From Eledone cirrhosa (taxonomy: Eukaryota), in contig OZ024741.1 in the NCBI GenBank assembly GCA_964016885.1, positions 58,776,001 to 58,840,000 of the forward strand: a stretch of DNA of 64,000 nt. The letters run 5' to 3'. Position 1 is the first letter of the stretch; the number at the start of each line of letters is the position of its first letter. The translations under genes were made by a program, and so were the position numbers. Under the pieces are notes generated by a model, which was given only the letters and a program-made list of their open reading frames with translations, had not been told where the DNA came from and made no database searches. Of this stretch, positions 36,861 to 52,594 are shown piece by piece.

Positions 36861-36948
36861 GATGGCTGCCCCCTCGTTATCGAGTATGGCCATTGCACGA
36901 GGAGAAAAAAAAAAAATTAATAAATAAATAAAAAATAAAATAAAAAAA

Positions 36949-36989
<41 letters not shown>

Positions 36990-39900
36990 TACACATATAC
37001 ATATATACACACACACATATATACACACACACATACATTAATAACAATAATAATAATAATAGTAACAACAATAATAATAACGACAACAACAATAATAATA
37101 TACATATACATATATATATACACATACACGCACACACACAAACATATCTATAGACACACACAAACACACGATAGCAACTAACAGCGCTGCGATCGAATGT
37201 GGCTTTTTAGCCCAGCCAATGATCTAAAATGTCTTGCACAGAGTCGGCAATCAAAACATTCACTGGGAATAGTCGGCTGTGGTTGGAGTTTGTGTACTTT
37301 TGCATGTCACTTGAGCCCTCCTGCTGATTTACATTCTCTACCACATGCTTGGCAAGCATTATGAGTAGCATCTCCAACAGCAGCCTGGTAGTCAACCACT
37401 GGTCTTACTTTATGACTCCGAAGATGACTTTCGAGTCCAGCTTTGCTTAGGCAGAGTCTCGCACAGACGCTGCATGTCAGCACCATAGGAGGACCCTCGC
37501 CGTCTGGAAGTGCAACAGCAATGCCCTTCCTCACATCCCGCTTTACTTTCTCGTATGCGATTCGAGATGCCTCAAAGGCAACTTTTCCCTCATATACAGT
37601 CTTTCTCCATTTATTACGATCAACAGCAATATTTTCCCATGTATCAGCAGAGATGTTAGCATCTTTCAGAGAGGCTTTCAAGAAATCCTCATACCTCTTT
37701 TTGGGTTTATGTGGCGGTCGTTTTCCTTTAACCAACTCTCCATAAAAGAGTTGTTTTGGTATTCTAGAATCCTTCATCTTGGCAAGGTGACCATTCCAAC
37801 GGAATCGTTGCTTAAGCACAAGAGCTTCTATACTGTCACACATAGAGCTTTCCAAAATCTCGACATCACTGACGTGGTCCCTCCAGTGAATCCCATGGAT
37901 CCGTTTGAGACACATCTGATGGAAACGCTCCAATTGCTAAAGGTGGTGTCGATATGTGACCCAGGTCTCGCAGGCATAAAGAAGACAAGAGAGCACACAT
38001 GCCCTGTACACCTTTACCTTTGTCCTCCTGCATATGTCTCGCCGACCCCAGAGTCGCCTTTCTAGCTTTCCGAAAGCATCACTTGCTTTCCTAATCCTAA
38101 GTGAGATTTCACTGTCAAGGTTGCTGTATCGATTGACAGTGCTTCCCAGGTAGACAAACTGATCAGCCACTGCAAGTTGTTTACCATACACATAGATGTT
38201 TGGTTCAGTGTACTGCTTACCAGGGGCAGGTTGGTACATGACGACGGTTTTCTTGAGACTGACAGTCAATCCTAGGGCATTGCAAGCGTCAGATAATGCA
38301 TTCAAAATGTGCTGCATATCACTCTCTGTGTGCGCTACAAGATCGCAATCATCTGCATACAAGAGGTCTCTTATGATTGATGTAAATACTTTTGTCTTTG
38401 CAGCAAAGCGTCTGATGTTAAATATGCTGCCTGAGGTTCGATATCGGATGTAAACACCATGCTCGCAATTCCTGAATGCAATACAGAAAACCATTGCAAA
38501 GTATATAGCAAACAGGGTCGGTGCTGGAATATCCCCCTGTTTCACTTCATTTCCGACATGTTACCTCTGACATTAACCCAAGCCTTCATGTCGTCATGGA
38601 AAGACCTAACTAAAGCAAGGAACTTATTAGGGCAACCAAGTTTCTGGAGAACCTTCCATAATGCATTTCTGTTAACAGTATCGAAAGCTTTTGTCAGATC
38701 GACAAAAACCTGATACAGATCCAAGCCTTGTTCCATGCACTTCTCCTGGAGCTGTCTAGCTGAGAAGTTCATATCAGTAGTGCCGCGTCCAGCACGAAAA
38801 CCAGATTGACTTTCAGGAAGAACACAATCTGCAATGTGTGTCAGCAGACGGTCCAGAAGCACCCTACATAAAACTTTCCCTACGACAGAAAGCAATGATA
38901 TACCACTGCAGTTGCCACAATCATTCATGTTACCCTTTCCCTTGTACAAGACCACCATTACTGCATCTCTCCAGTCCTCAGGTACGGATTCATTAGCCCA
39001 TATCCTGCCAAACAAAGAGTGAAGATGTTGCAGGAGTCTCTCACCACCATATTGTAGGAGCTCAGCATGTATGCCATCCATACCTGGAGATCTTCCACTG
39101 TTCAGCTTCGAAATAGCCACTGCAACCTCCACAAGCGTCGGAGGTTCTGCAAGAGCTACTTTCACAGGACTTTCTGGAATGAGATTGAAGAAATCTTCAC
39201 TGACGACAGACGGTTGATTCAAAAGATCATCAAAGTGCTCTCGCCACCTTCGTAGAATTCCTTGTGAGTCACGTAGAAGTTCTTTGCCATCCTTGCTGCG
39301 AAGTGGTGTCACCAGGGAAGAAGACGGTCCATAAACCTCACGCAAGAGACTGTACAACAGCTTTGTGTTATTGGAATCTGACGCAGTTTGTATCTCACCA
39401 GCCTTCTCACTCCACCACTGATCCTTCATCTGAGAAAGACTCCGCCTGACACGTGATTTTACATCCTTGAGTTCCTCATGCAACGTATTCCTCTCCTGTG
39501 GTTTTCCCGTCAAGTAGCGTGACAGAGCACGCCTCTTATCAGCCAACAAGTCTTCTATATGTACATCATTCTCATTAAACCAGTCCTGATGTTTTCTCTG
39601 CACCAATCCCAGAACACGCCTGCCTACATCATAAACCGACTTTTTAAGGGTCGGCCAATCCTCACCAAGATCTGCAGCCGGCATCTCTTCTTCCAATGTC
39701 CTCTTCACATTTTTATCCTTAAGACGAGCAGCATTCAATCTTTTGGGCAGGGCAACACCAGGAGCCCGGATTTTACGTTTAGTGATTAGTTTTACTTTTG
39801 CGCGTACAGGCGGTGGTCCATCCAGCACTCAGCTCCACGAAGAGCACGAACACACTGCACATCCTGTCTGTCACGCATCCTGACTAGGACGTAGTCCAAA

Positions 39901-40258
39901 AGATGCCATTCCTTAGATGCAGGATGCATCCATGTGGTCTTGAATTTGTTCTTTTGTTGGAACATGGTGTTGGTAACACACAGATCCAGCTCCTCACACA
40001 TCTGCAGCAGGAGCATACCATTGTTGTTACACTTTCCCACCCCATGCCTTCCGATTACATTCCATATGTTAAAATCCCTACCCACTCTAGCATTAAAGTC
40101 ACCAAGCACGATGACTTTGTCTGCCTGACGGATATTTCTTAAAACACCTTTCAAGGCATGGTAAAAGGACACTTTTTCTTCATCGACAGAATTCATAGTT
40201 GGAGCATACACACTCACCAGGGTCGCATATCTTCCTTTGTCCAGTGGAATTCTCATGG
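36860..40258 (-). mobile_element. BovB-like RTE LINE, 5' truncated, frameshifted, with three C-terminal zinc fingers
   Basis: [36 protein letters not shown] (APE); LPESQSGFR, FVDLTKAFDTV, LLYADD, FVYLG (RT); fingers to stop at 37178; microsatellite-rich 3' UTR; terminal hairpin TGGCCATA-CTCG ATAA CGAG-GGGGCAGCCA. Confidence 0.92.
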
Positions 40259-40286
40259 ACATATATATACATATATATACATACAT

Positions 40287-40345
<59 letters not shown>

Positions 40346-40426
40346 CACATACACACATATATATACATATACATATATATATACATATACATACATATAT
40401 ACATACATACATATATACATATATAC

Positions 40427-40459
<33 letters not shown>

Positions 40460-40463
40460 CATA
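40259..40463. repeat. (TA/TACA)n tract shared by two head-to-head RTE elements
   Basis: Direct inspection. Confidence 0.95.
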
Positions 40464-43400
40464 TGACGAGAATGCGAGCACTCCTCATTGTTTCGACCGC
40501 GGACGGCTAACATAACCCCATCGCCCCCCGCCCCTCACCGCCCCCAACCCCCAAACGCAATCCAAAACTTCAGAGTTGGTACCATAAATGTAGGCACCCT
40601 AAAGGGTCGCGCTAACGAGGTTGTAGAAATGCTTGAACGTAAGGAGGTCGATGTTTGTTGTATTCAAGAGACCAGGTGGAGGGGTGGGTCTGCTAGGTTC
40701 ATTGAGGGTAAAAAACGATGTTATAAGCTTTTCTGGGTGGGAAACGACGATGGGCTGGGTGGAGTAGGAATCATGGTAGCAGAAAAGTGGGCAGATAAGA
40801 TAATAGACGTAAATAGAGTGAACGACAGAATAATTAAAATACGACTTGTCCTCAATAGAACTACGGTGACAGTAATATCTGCGTACGCACCCCAATCCGG
40901 ACTGCCCGGCACTATAAAAGACAGATTCTATGAGACACTGATGCTAACTACCTCCCAAATATCCGACAGTGACTATATAATTATCGCAGGCGACCTAAAT
41001 GGTCACGTTGGACAACATTGTGACGGCTACGACGAAATCCATGGAGGCTATGGGTTTGGTACTAGAAATGAGGAAGGCGCCAGAATCCTGGAATTCTGTG
41101 ATGCAAATAACCTAACTATCTGTAACACTAACTTCAAAAAACGTGACAATCACCTGATCACCTATAGATCCGGGGAACACACAAGCCAGGTAGATTATAT
41201 CCTTACCAGAAGACGTGACAGAGTGTCTGTTGTTAACACTAAATCCCTCCCCCATGAAGAATGCACCTCCCAACATAGACTGATAATTAGCGACCTCATA
41301 GTCAGGACGAGACGTACTCGACAACAGAAGAGGACTATCCTCAGGAGGAAAATATGGAAGCTAAAGGACCCCACAGCCAGGAATAAATTTCAAAGCATAT
41401 TACTTGATGCTTTCGACAGTAAGGAAGAACACTTAGAGTCGGACAATATAGAGGGAGAGTGGGAATTTCTGAAAGCAAACCTGCTGTTGGCGACAGACGA
41501 GGTCTGTGGCTGGAGCAGGCCTGTAGGCAGGAGGAGAGTAACATGGTGGTGGAACAGTAAGGTGGAGGGGTCAATTAAGGCCAAAAAGCAGGCTTGGAAA
41601 GTATGGCGGGATGGGGGAAGTAGAGAGGACTATCAAGTGGCCAGGAGGGAGGCTAGGAGACAAGTGTACTTAGCAAGAAGGGAAGCTGAGGAAAGAAAGT
41701 TCAAGCATGTTCTACAACGCGATGACCAAAAACGTGAGGTGTTCAGGATTGCTAGGCAATGCGTCAAGGAAAACCGTGATATTGTCGGGGAGAAGTGTGT
41801 ACTAAACGACGATGGCACACTTGCCATCACCGACGCTGATAAGAAGGTAGCTTGGAAGTGTTACTATGAAAGGCTACTAAATGAGGAGAATAATTGGGAG
41901 AAAGGCAGTCTCCCCCATATCGACCCAATAGAGGGACCAGCAGTGTTAGTCGAGGGGAGTATAATAAGTAAGGCAATCAAGGATTTGAAGACTGGTAAGG
42001 CGGCTGGGCCTTCGGAAATAGTTGCTGAGATGCTGAAGGCATCTGGCACGGTGGGACACACCATGGTCACCCGCATAGTTAACCAAGTCGTACAGAATGG
42101 GGTTGTTCCGAAGGACTGGCATAGCAGCATCATCGTTAACTGTTATAAGGGTAAAGGAGACGCCCTAGATAGGAGTAACTATAGAGGCATTAAATTAATC
42201 GACCAGGTCATGAAGGTCACGGAAAAAGTAATAGCGCAACTAATCAGAGAGAGAATTGACCTAGATGAAATGCAGTTCGGGTTTGTGTCAGGCAAAAGTA
42301 CCACAGACGCTCTTTTCATAGTACGACAACTACAGGAGAAGTACCTAGCTAAAGGTAAACCCCTCTACTTAGCTTTTGTCGACTTGGAGAAAGCCTTCGA
42401 CAGAGTCCCCCGCTCCATTATCTGGTGGGCTCTTAGAAAACTAGGCGTTGACGAATGGCTTGTGAGGGCTATACAAGCCATGTATAAAGAAACAGTCAGC
42501 AAGGTTAGAATTAACAACGAATATAGTGAAGAGTTTAGCGTAAAAGTTGGCGTCCATCAGGGCTCTGTTCTCAGTCCACTACTATTTATTATTGCCCTTC
42601 AGGCTATAACAGAGGAGTTCAAGACAGGCTGCCCATGGGAACTCCTATACGCAGACGACCTGACACTCATAGCGGAATCAATGGCCGAGCTAGAGAAGAA
42701 ATTCCAAACATGGAAGCACGGCCTAGAGTCAAAAGGACTTAAAATTAACCTGGCTAAGACCAAAGTACTAGTTTGTAGGAAAGAAAACAAGGCGGCGGTC
42801 CCTTCTGGGAAATGGTCGTGCTCGGTGTGTAGGAAAGGCGTAGGTAGAAACTCCATTTTATGTCCTAAATGCAAAGTATGGGTGCATAAAAGATGTAGTG
42901 GGATCACAGGTAAGCTAACTAAGAACATAGATTTTACATGTGGCCGGTGCTCTGGTGCAATAAGTAGCAGCAAGTGCCCACAAACTACTAGCTCTTTCAA
43001 TTGCGCAGAGGGTTCTATAGAAATAGTGGACAGCTTCCGTTACCTGGGCGATAAAATCAGCAGTGGGGGAGGGTGCTCTGAAAGTACTGTAGCTAGAGTC
43101 AGAACTGGTTGGAAAAAGTTCAGAGAGCTTATACCACTATTAGCTGCTAAAGGGTTCTCACTAAAAATGAAAGGCAGGTTGTACGATGCCTGCATACGAA
43201 CAGCAATGCTGCATGGCAGTGAGACCTGGGCATTGTGTGCAGAGGATATACGCAGACTAGAGAGGAACGAAGCTTGCATGCTCCGCTGGATGTGTAACAG
43301 TAATATACGTGAACGGCAAAGCATAAACGAACTAAGGAAAAAATTAGAGATAAGAGGGATCAGATGTTGTTTACTCGAGAGAAGGCTACGTTGGTATGGA

Positions 43401-44003
43401 CACGTGATGCGCATGAAAGTCGATAGCTGTATAACAAAGTGCAGGGCAATAAAGATAGACGGTAGTCACGGAATAGGCAGACCTAGAAAAACCTGGGACG
43501 AGCTGATAAACTCCGACATCACACACTTACACCTCTCCAAGACAATGTCACTGGACCGAGACCTTTGGCGGTACTCAGTAACAGAGAAGACCTGCCTTAC
43601 CTAAATATATAGTAAAACCTACTCCAGCCAGTAGGCATCTCTAACAAAATACACCCCGTCCCACCACCACCACCCCCACCCGATCCACACCACCCCGTTC
43701 TATGTAAAGTTATGTTGGTGCCGCGCCATCGAGGCCGAAACAAATGAGATCGTGTAGGTGTCACGACAAAAAAACACACAGTCCACGCTGTAATGTGGCC
43801 GTGTAGGCAACACGGTAAAAACCTCCCAGACCCACACTGTAAATGTGGTTGGTGTTAGGAAGGGCATCCAACTGTAGAAAACCTGCCAGACAGTCCTATG
43901 CGAGCAAGACAATCACTCTTGCCTCAAGTGGGACTACCCCCGTCCAAACCCATGCAAGCGTGGAACACGGACGTTAAACGTTGATGATGATGATGATGAT
44001 GAT
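40464..44003 (+). mobile_element. near full-length RTE-clade LINE with intact ORF, 3' UTR and (GAT)n tail
   Basis: Single 1038-codon frame; ~380-bp 3' UTR ending AACCCATGCAAGCGTGGAACACGGACGTTAAACGTT(GAT)n; TA repeats on both sides. Confidence 0.96.
40488..43604 (+). CDS. APE endonuclease + reverse transcriptase with PHD-like C4HC3 insert
   Basis: [41 protein letters not shown]; [36 protein letters not shown]; true start codon uncertain (TTG). Confidence 0.93.
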   Translation: MFRPRTANITPSPPAPHRPQPPNAIQNFRVGTINVGTLKGRANEVVEMLERKEVDVCCIQETRWRGGSARFIEGKKRCYKLFWVGNDDGLGGVGIMVAEKWADKIIDVNRVNDRIIKIRLVLNRTTVTVISAYAPQSGLPGTIKDRFYETLMLTTSQISDSDYIIIAGDLNGHVGQHCDGYDEIHGGYGFGTRNEEGARILEFCDANNLTICNTNFKKRDNHLITYRSGEHTSQVDYILTRRRDRVSVVNTKSLPHEECTSQHRLIISDLIVRTRRTRQQKRTILRRKIWKLKDPTARNKFQSILLDAFDSKEEHLESDNIEGEWEFLKANLLLATDEVCGWSRPVGRRRVTWWWNSKVEGSIKAKKQAWKVWRDGGSREDYQVARREARRQVYLARREAEERKFKHVLQRDDQKREVFRIARQCVKENRDIVGEKCVLNDDGTLAITDADKKVAWKCYYERLLNEENNWEKGSLPHIDPIEGPAVLVEGSIISKAIKDLKTGKAAGPSEIVAEMLKASGTVGHTMVTRIVNQVVQNGVVPKDWHSSIIVNCYKGKGDALDRSNYRGIKLIDQVMKVTEKVIAQLIRERIDLDEMQFGFVSGKSTTDALFIVRQLQEKYLAKGKPLYLAFVDLEKAFDRVPRSIIWWALRKLGVDEWLVRAIQAMYKETVSKVRINNEYSEEFSVKVGVHQGSVLSPLLFIIALQAITEEFKTGCPWELLYADDLTLIAESMAELEKKFQTWKHGLESKGLKINLAKTKVLVCRKENKAAVPSGKWSCSVCRKGVGRNSILCPKCKVWVHKRCSGITGKLTKNIDFTCGRCSGAISSSKCPQTTSSFNCAEGSIEIVDSFRYLGDKISSGGGCSESTVARVRTGWKKFRELIPLLAAKGFSLKMKGRLYDACIRTAMLHGSETWALCAEDIRRLERNEACMLRWMCNSNIRERQSINELRKKLEIRGIRCCLLERRLRWYGHVMRMKVDSCITKCRAIKIDGSHGIGRPRKTWDELINSDITHLHLSKTMSLDRDLWRYSVTEKTCLT

Positions 44004-44214
44004 ATATATACATATATATACACGTACATACATACATACATACATACATATTGTCTATAGCAACTAACTTTATCATGTCATTGTATTTTCACAGAGAAGT
44101 AGCTACATGACAAATAAATCTGTTTTACTGTCGCATGCACCAAGACACACAGACACAGATTTACTGCCTCATGCACACACGCACACTGCTTTACTGTATT
44201 ATTCAAATACACAC

Positions 44215-44580
44215 ACACACTGTACTACTGTCACATACATAGACATACACACTGTCTCATACATACACATACACACTGTACTACTGTCACATACATACAC
44301 ATACACACTGTACTACTGTCACATACATACACATACACACTGTACTACTGTCACATACATACACATACACACTGTACTACTATTTCATACATACACACAC
44401 ACACTGTACTACTGTCTCATACATACACAGTGCATTACTGCCTCATACATACACACACACTGTACTACTGTCACATACATACACATAGTACTACTGTCTC
44501 ATACATACACATACACACTGTACTACTGTCTCATACATACACACACACACTGCATTACTGTCTCACACACACACACACAC
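44215..44580. repeat. ~30-bp minisatellite CACTGTACTACTGTCACATACATACACATACA
   Basis: About 12 diverged units grading into the adjacent satellite. Confidence 0.9.
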
Positions 44581-47500
44581 ACAGTCTGACTGTCACATAC
44601 ACACACAGACTGACTGTCACATACACACACAGTCTGACTGTCACACACACACACTGTCTGACTGTCACATACATACACACAGTCTCACTGTCAGGTACAC
44701 ACACAGTCTGACTGTCACACACACACACAGTCTGACTGTCACACACACACACAGTCTGACTGTCACATACACACACATAGTCTGACTGTCACACACACAC
44801 AGTCTGACTGTCACACACACACACAATCTGACTGTCACATACACACACACAGTCTGACTGTCACACACACACCCAGTCTGACTGTCACACACACACCCAG
44901 TCTGACTGTCACACACACACCCAGTCTGACTGTCACACACACACACAGTCTGACTCTCACACACACAGTCTGACTGTCACACACACACAGTCTGACTGTC
45001 ACACACACACAGTCTGACTGTCACACACACACACAGTCTGTCACGCACACACACAGACTGACTGTCAGGTACACACACAGTCTGACTGTCACACACACAG
45101 TCTGACTGTCACACACACACACAGTCTGACTGTCACACACACACAGTCTGACTGTCAGACACACACAGTCTAACTGTCACACACACAGTCTGACTGTCAC
45201 ACACACAGTCTGACTGTCACACACACAGTCTGACTGTCACACACACACACAGTCTGACTGTCACACACACACACACACAGTCTGACTGTCACACACACAC
45301 AGTCTGACTGTCACATACACACACAGTCTGACTGTCACACACACACAGTCTGACTGTCACACACACACACAGTCTGACTGTCACACACACACACACAGTC
45401 TGACTGTCACACACACACACACAGTCTGACTGTCACATACACACACACAGTCTGACTGTCACATACACACACACAGTCTGACTGTCACACACACACAGTC
45501 TGACTGTCACACACACACAGTCTGACTGTCAGGTACACACACAGTCTGACTGTCACACACACAGTCTGACTGTCACACACACACACAGTCTGACTGTCAC
45601 ACACACACAGTCTGACTGTCACACACACACACACAGTCTGACTCAGGTACACACACAGTCTGTCACACACACACACAGTCTGACTGTCACACACACACCC
45701 AGTCTGACTGTCACACACACACACAGTCTGACTGTCACACACACACAGTCTGACTGTCACACACACACAGTCTGACTGTCACACACACACACAGTCTGAC
45801 TGTCAGGTACACACACAGTCTGACTGACACACACACACACAGTCTGACTGTCACATACACACACAGTCTGACTGTCACACACACACACTCTGACTGTCAC
45901 ACACACACAGTCTGACTGTCACACACACAGTCTGACTGTCACACACACACACACAATCTGACTGTTACACACACACACACACACAGTCTGACTGTCACAT
46001 ACACACACACAGTCTGACTGTCAAGTACACACACAGTCTGACTGTCACATACACACACAGTCTGACTGTCACATACACACACAGTCTGACTGTCACACAC
46101 ACAGTCTGACTGTCACACACACACAGTCTGACTGTCACACACACACAGTCTGACTGTCACACACATAGTCTGACTGTCACATACACTCACAGTCTGACTG
46201 TCACACACACACACAGTCTGACTGTCACACACACACAGTCTGACTGTCACATACACACACAGTCTGACTGTCACACACACACAGTCTGCCAGTCACACAC
46301 ACAGTCTGACTGTCACACACACACAGTCTGACTGTCACACACACACAGTCTGACTGTCACACACATAGTCTGACTGTCACATACACACACAGTCTGACTG
46401 TCACACACACACACAGTCTGACTGTCACATACACACAGTCTGACTGTCACATACACACACAGTCTGACTGTCACACACACACAGTCTGACTGTCACAGAC
46501 ACACACAGTCTGACTGTCACACACACACACACAGTCTGACTGTCACACACACACACAATCTGACTGTCACACACACACAGTCTGACTGTCACACACACAC
46601 AGTCTGACTGTCACACACACACAGACTGACTGTCACACACACACAGACTGACTGTCACACACACACAGTCTGACTGTCACACACACACACAGTCTGACTG
46701 TCACACACACACACACAGTCTGTCACACACACACAGTCTGACTGTCACACACATAGTCTGTCACACACACAGTCTGACTGTCACACACACACAGTCTGAC
46801 TGTCACACACACAGTCTGACTGTCACACACACACAGTCTGACTGTCACATACACACAGAGTCTGACTGTCACATACACACAGTCTGACTGTCACATACAC
46901 ACACACTCTGACTGTCACACACACAGTCTGACTGTCACACACACAGTCTGACTGTCACACACACACAGTTTGACTGTCACACACACAGTCTGACTGTCAC
47001 ACACACACAGTCTGACTGTCACATACACACAGAGTCTGACTGTCACATACACACACAGTCTGACTGTCACACACACACACACTCTGACTGTCACACACAC
47101 AGTCTGACTGTCACACACACACACACACACAATCTGACTGGCACACACACACACAGTCTGACTGTCACATACACACACACAGTCTGACTGTCACACACAC
47201 ACAGTCTGACTGTCACACACACACACAGTCTGACTGTCACACACACACACAGTCTGACTGTCACACACACACACACTCTGACTGTCACACACACAGTCTG
47301 ACTGTCACACACACACACACACAGTCTGACTGTCACATACACACACAGTCTGACTGTCACACACACACACTGTCTGACTGTCACATACATACACACAGTC
47401 TCACTGTCAGGTACACACACAGTCTGACTGTCACACACACACACAGTCTGACTGTCACACACACACACAGTCTGACTGTCACATACACACACATAGTCTG

Positions 47501-50500
47501 ACTGTCACACACACACAGTCTGACTGTCACACACACACACAATCTGACTGTCACATACACACACACAGTCTGACTGTCACACACACACACAGTCTGACTG
47601 TCACACACACACAGTCTGACTGTCACACACACACACACAGTCTGACTCAGGTACACACACAGTCTGTCACACACACACACAGTCTGACTGTCACACACAC
47701 ACCCAGTCTGACTGTCACACACACACACAGTCTGACTGTCACACACACACAGTCTGACTGTCACACACACACAGTCTGACTGTCACACACACACACAGTC
47801 TGACTGTCAGGTACACACACAGTCTGACTGACACACACACACACAGTCTGACTGTCACATACACACACAGTCTGACTGTCACACACACACACTCTGACTG
47901 TCACACACACACAGTCTGACTGTCACACACACAGTCTGACTGTCACACACACACACACAATCTGACTGTTACACACACACACACACACAGTCTGACTGTC
48001 ACATACACACACACAGTCTGACTGTCAAGTACACACACAGTCTGACTGTCACATACACACACAGTCTGACTGTCACATACACACACAGTCTGACTGTCAC
48101 ACACACAGTCTGACTGTCACACACACACAGTCTGACTGTCACACACACACAGTCTGACTGTCACACACATAGTCTGACTGTCACATACACTCACAGTCTG
48201 ACTGTCACACACACACACAGTCTGACTGTCACACACACACAGTCTGACTGTCACATACACACACAGTCTGACTGTCACACACACACAGTCTGCCAGTCAC
48301 ACACACAGTCTGACTGTCACACACACACAGTCTGACTGTCACACACACACAGTCTGACTGTCACACACATAGTCTGACTGTCACATACACACACAGTCTG
48401 ACTGTCACACACACACACAGTCTGACTGTCACATACACACAGTCTGACTGTCACATACACACACAGTCTGACTGTCACACACACACAGTCTGACTGTCAC
48501 AGACACACACAGTCTGACTGTCACACACACACACACAGTCTGACTGTCACACACACACACAATCTGACTGTCACACACACACAGTCTGACTGTCACACAC
48601 ACACAGTCTGACTGTCACACACACACAGACTGACTGTCACACACACACAGACTGACTGTCACACACACACAGTCTGACTGTCACACACACACACAGTCTG
48701 ACTGTCACACACACACACACAGTCTGTCACACACACACAGTCTGACTGTCACACACATAGTCTGTCACACACACAGTCTGACTGTCACACACACACAGTC
48801 TGACTGTCACACACACAGTCTGACTGTCACACACACACAGTCTGACTGTCACATACACACAGAGTCTGACTGTCACATACACACAGTCTGACTGTCACAT
48901 ACACACACACTCTGACTGTCACACACACAGTCTGACTGTCACACACACAGTCTGACTGTCACACACACACAGTTTGACTGTCACACACACAGTCTGACTG
49001 TCACACACACACAGTCTGACTGTCACATACACACAGAGTCTGACTGTCACATACACACACAGTCTGACTGTCACACACACACACACTCTGACTGTCACAC
49101 ACACAGTCTGACTGTCACACACACACACACACACAATCTGACTGGCACACACACACACAGTCTGACTGTCACATACACACACACAGTCTGACTGTCACAC
49201 ACACACAGTCTGACTGTCACACACACACACAGTCTGACTGTCACACACACACACAGTCTGACTGTCACACACACACACACTCTGACTGTCACACACACAG
49301 TCTGACTGTCACACACACACACACACAGTCTGACTGTCACATACACACACAGTCTGACTGTCACACACACACACTGTCTGACTGTCACATACATACACAC
49401 AGTCTCACTGTCAGGTACACACACAGTCTGACTGTCACACACACACACAGTCTGACTGTCACACACACACACAGTCTGACTGTCACATACACACACATAG
49501 TCTGACTGTCACACACACACAGTCTGACTGTCACACACACACACAATCTGACTGTCACATACACACACACAGTCTGACTGTCACACACACACACAGTCTG
49601 ACTGTCACACACACACCCAGTCTGACTGTCACACACACACCCAGTCTGACTGTCACACACACACACAGTCTGACTCTCACACACACAGTCTGACTGTCAC
49701 ACACACACAGTCTGACTGTCACACACACACAGTCTGACTGTCACACACACACACAGTCTGTCACGCACACACACAGTCTGACTGTCAGGTACACACACAG
49801 TCTGACTGTCACACACACAGTCTGACTGTCACACACACACACAGTCTGACTGTCACACACACACAGTCTGACTGTCAGACACACACAGTCTGACTGTCAC
49901 ACACACAGTCTGACTGTCACACACACAGTCTGACTGTCACACACACAGTCTGACTGTCACACACACACACAGTCTGACTGTCACACACACACACACACAG
50001 TCTGACTGTCACACACACACAGTCTGACTGTCACATACACACACAGTCTGACTGTCACACACACACAGTCTGACTGTCACACACACACACAGTCTGACTG
50101 TCACACACACACACACACAGTCTGACTGTCACACACACACACACAGTCTGACTGTCACATACACACACACAGTCTGACTGTCACATACACACACACAGTC
50201 TGACTGTCACACACACACAGTCTGACTGTCACACACACACAGTCTGACTGTCAGGTACACACACAGTCTGACTGTCACACACAGTCTGACTGTCACACAC
50301 ACAGTCTGACTGTCACACACACACACAGTCTGACTGTCACACACACACAGTCTGACTGTCACACACACACACACAGTCTGACTCAGGTACACACACAGTC
50401 TGTCACACACACACACAGTCTGACTGTCACACACACACCCAGTCTGACTGTCACACACACACACAGTCTGACTGTCACACACACACAGTCTGACTGTCAC

Positions 50501-52483
50501 ACACACACAGTCTGACTGTCACACACACACACAGTCTGACTGTCAGGTACACACACAGTCTGACTGTCACATACACACACAGTCTGACTGTCACACACAC
50601 ACACTCTGACTGTCACACACACACAGTCTGACTGTCACACACACAGTCTGACTGTCACACACACACACACAATCTGACTGTCACACACACACACACACAC
50701 AGTCTGACTGTCACATACACACACACAGTCTGACTGTCAAGTACACACACAGTCTGACTATCACACACATACAGTCTGACTGTCACATACACACACAGTC
50801 TGACTGTCACATACACACACAGTCTGACTGTCACACACACAGTCTGACTGTCACACACACACAGTCTGACTGTCACACACACACAGTCTGACTGTCACAC
50901 ACATAGTCTGACTGTCACATACACTCACAGTCTGACTGTCACACACACACACAGTCTGACTGTCACACACACACAGTCTGACTGTCACATACACACACAG
51001 TCTGACTGTCACACACACACAGTCTGCCAGTCACACACACAGTCTGACTGTCACACACACACACACAGTCTGACTGTCACACACACACAGTCTGACTGTC
51101 ACACACACACAGTCTGACTGTCACACACATAGTCTGACTGTCACACACACACACAGTCTGACTGTCACACACACACACAGTCTGACTGTCACATACACAC
51201 AGTCTGACTGTCACATACACACACAGTCTGACTGTCACACACACACAGTCTGACTGTCACAGACACACACAGTCTGACTGCCACACACACACACACAGTC
51301 TGACTGTCACACACACACACAATCTGACTGTCACACACACACAGTCTGACTGTCACACACACACAGACTGACTGTCACACACACACAGACTGACTGTCAC
51401 ACACACACAGTCTGACTGTCACACACACACACAGTCTGACTGTCACACACACACACACAGTCTGTCACACACACACAGTCTGACTGTCACACACATAGTC
51501 TGACTGTCACACACACAGTCTGACTGTCACACACACACAGTCTGACTGTCACACACACAGTCTGACTGTCACACACACACAGTCTGACTGTCACATACAC
51601 ACAGAGTCTGACTGTCACATACACACAGAGTCTGACTGTCACATACACACACACTCTGACTGTCACACACACAGTCTGACTGTCACACACACAGTCTGAC
51701 TGTCACACACACACAGTTTGACTGTCACACACACAGTCTGACTGTCACACACACACAGTCTGACTGTCACATACACACAGAGTCTGACTGTCACATACAC
51801 ACACAGTCTGACTGTCACACACACACACACTCTGACTGTCACACACACAGTCTGACTGTCACACACACACACACACACAATCTGACTGGCACACACACAC
51901 ACAGTCTGACTGTCACATACACACACACAGTCTGACTGTCACACACACACAGTCTGACTGTCACACACACACACAGTCTGACTGTCACACACACACACAC
52001 TCTGACTGTCACACACACAGTCTGACTGTCACACACACACACACACAGTCTGACTGTCACACACACACACAGTCTGACTGTCACACACACACAGTCTGAC
52101 TGTCACACACACACACAGTCTGACTGTCACACACACACACAGTCTGACTGTCACACACACACAGTCTGACTGTCACACACACACACAGTCTGACTGTCAC
52201 ACACACACAGTCTGACTGTCACACACATACACAGTCTGACTGTCACACACACACACACAGTCTGACTGTCACACACACACAGTCTGACTGGCACACACAC
52301 ACACAGTCTGACTGTCACACACACACAGTCTGACTGTCACACACACACACAGTCTGACTGTCACACACACACACAGTCTGACTGTCACACACACACAGTC
52401 TGACTGTCACACACACACAGTCTGACTGTCACACACACACAGTCTGATTGTCACACACACAGTCTGACTGTCACACACACACA
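44581..52483. repeat. 7.9-kb satellite: ACAGTCTGACTGT core + variable (CA)n, unit ~18-28 bp, with higher-order repeats
   Basis: Hundreds of cores; rare variant AGTCTCACTGTCAGGTAC recurs at 44681, 47397 and 49401. Confidence 0.98.
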
Positions 52484-52594
52484 CCTGATAAATGACCCTC
52501 CTACCATGAATGATAATTGTCTTTAGTGGCTAAATTTGAGACCATTACTATTATTATCAGCCCTGGTGGCTGTTAAAGAAACTATTATAGCAAG

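Noticed and set aside
40464-40515. HDV-like ribozyme at the RTE 5' end
   Set aside because: CTCCTC and GGCTAA resemble parts of the motif but P1/P2 pairings could not be built
44107-52090. Cys/Val-rich ORFs resembling metallothionein-like repeats
   Set aside because: Translations of the satellite; variable (CA)n constantly shifts frame
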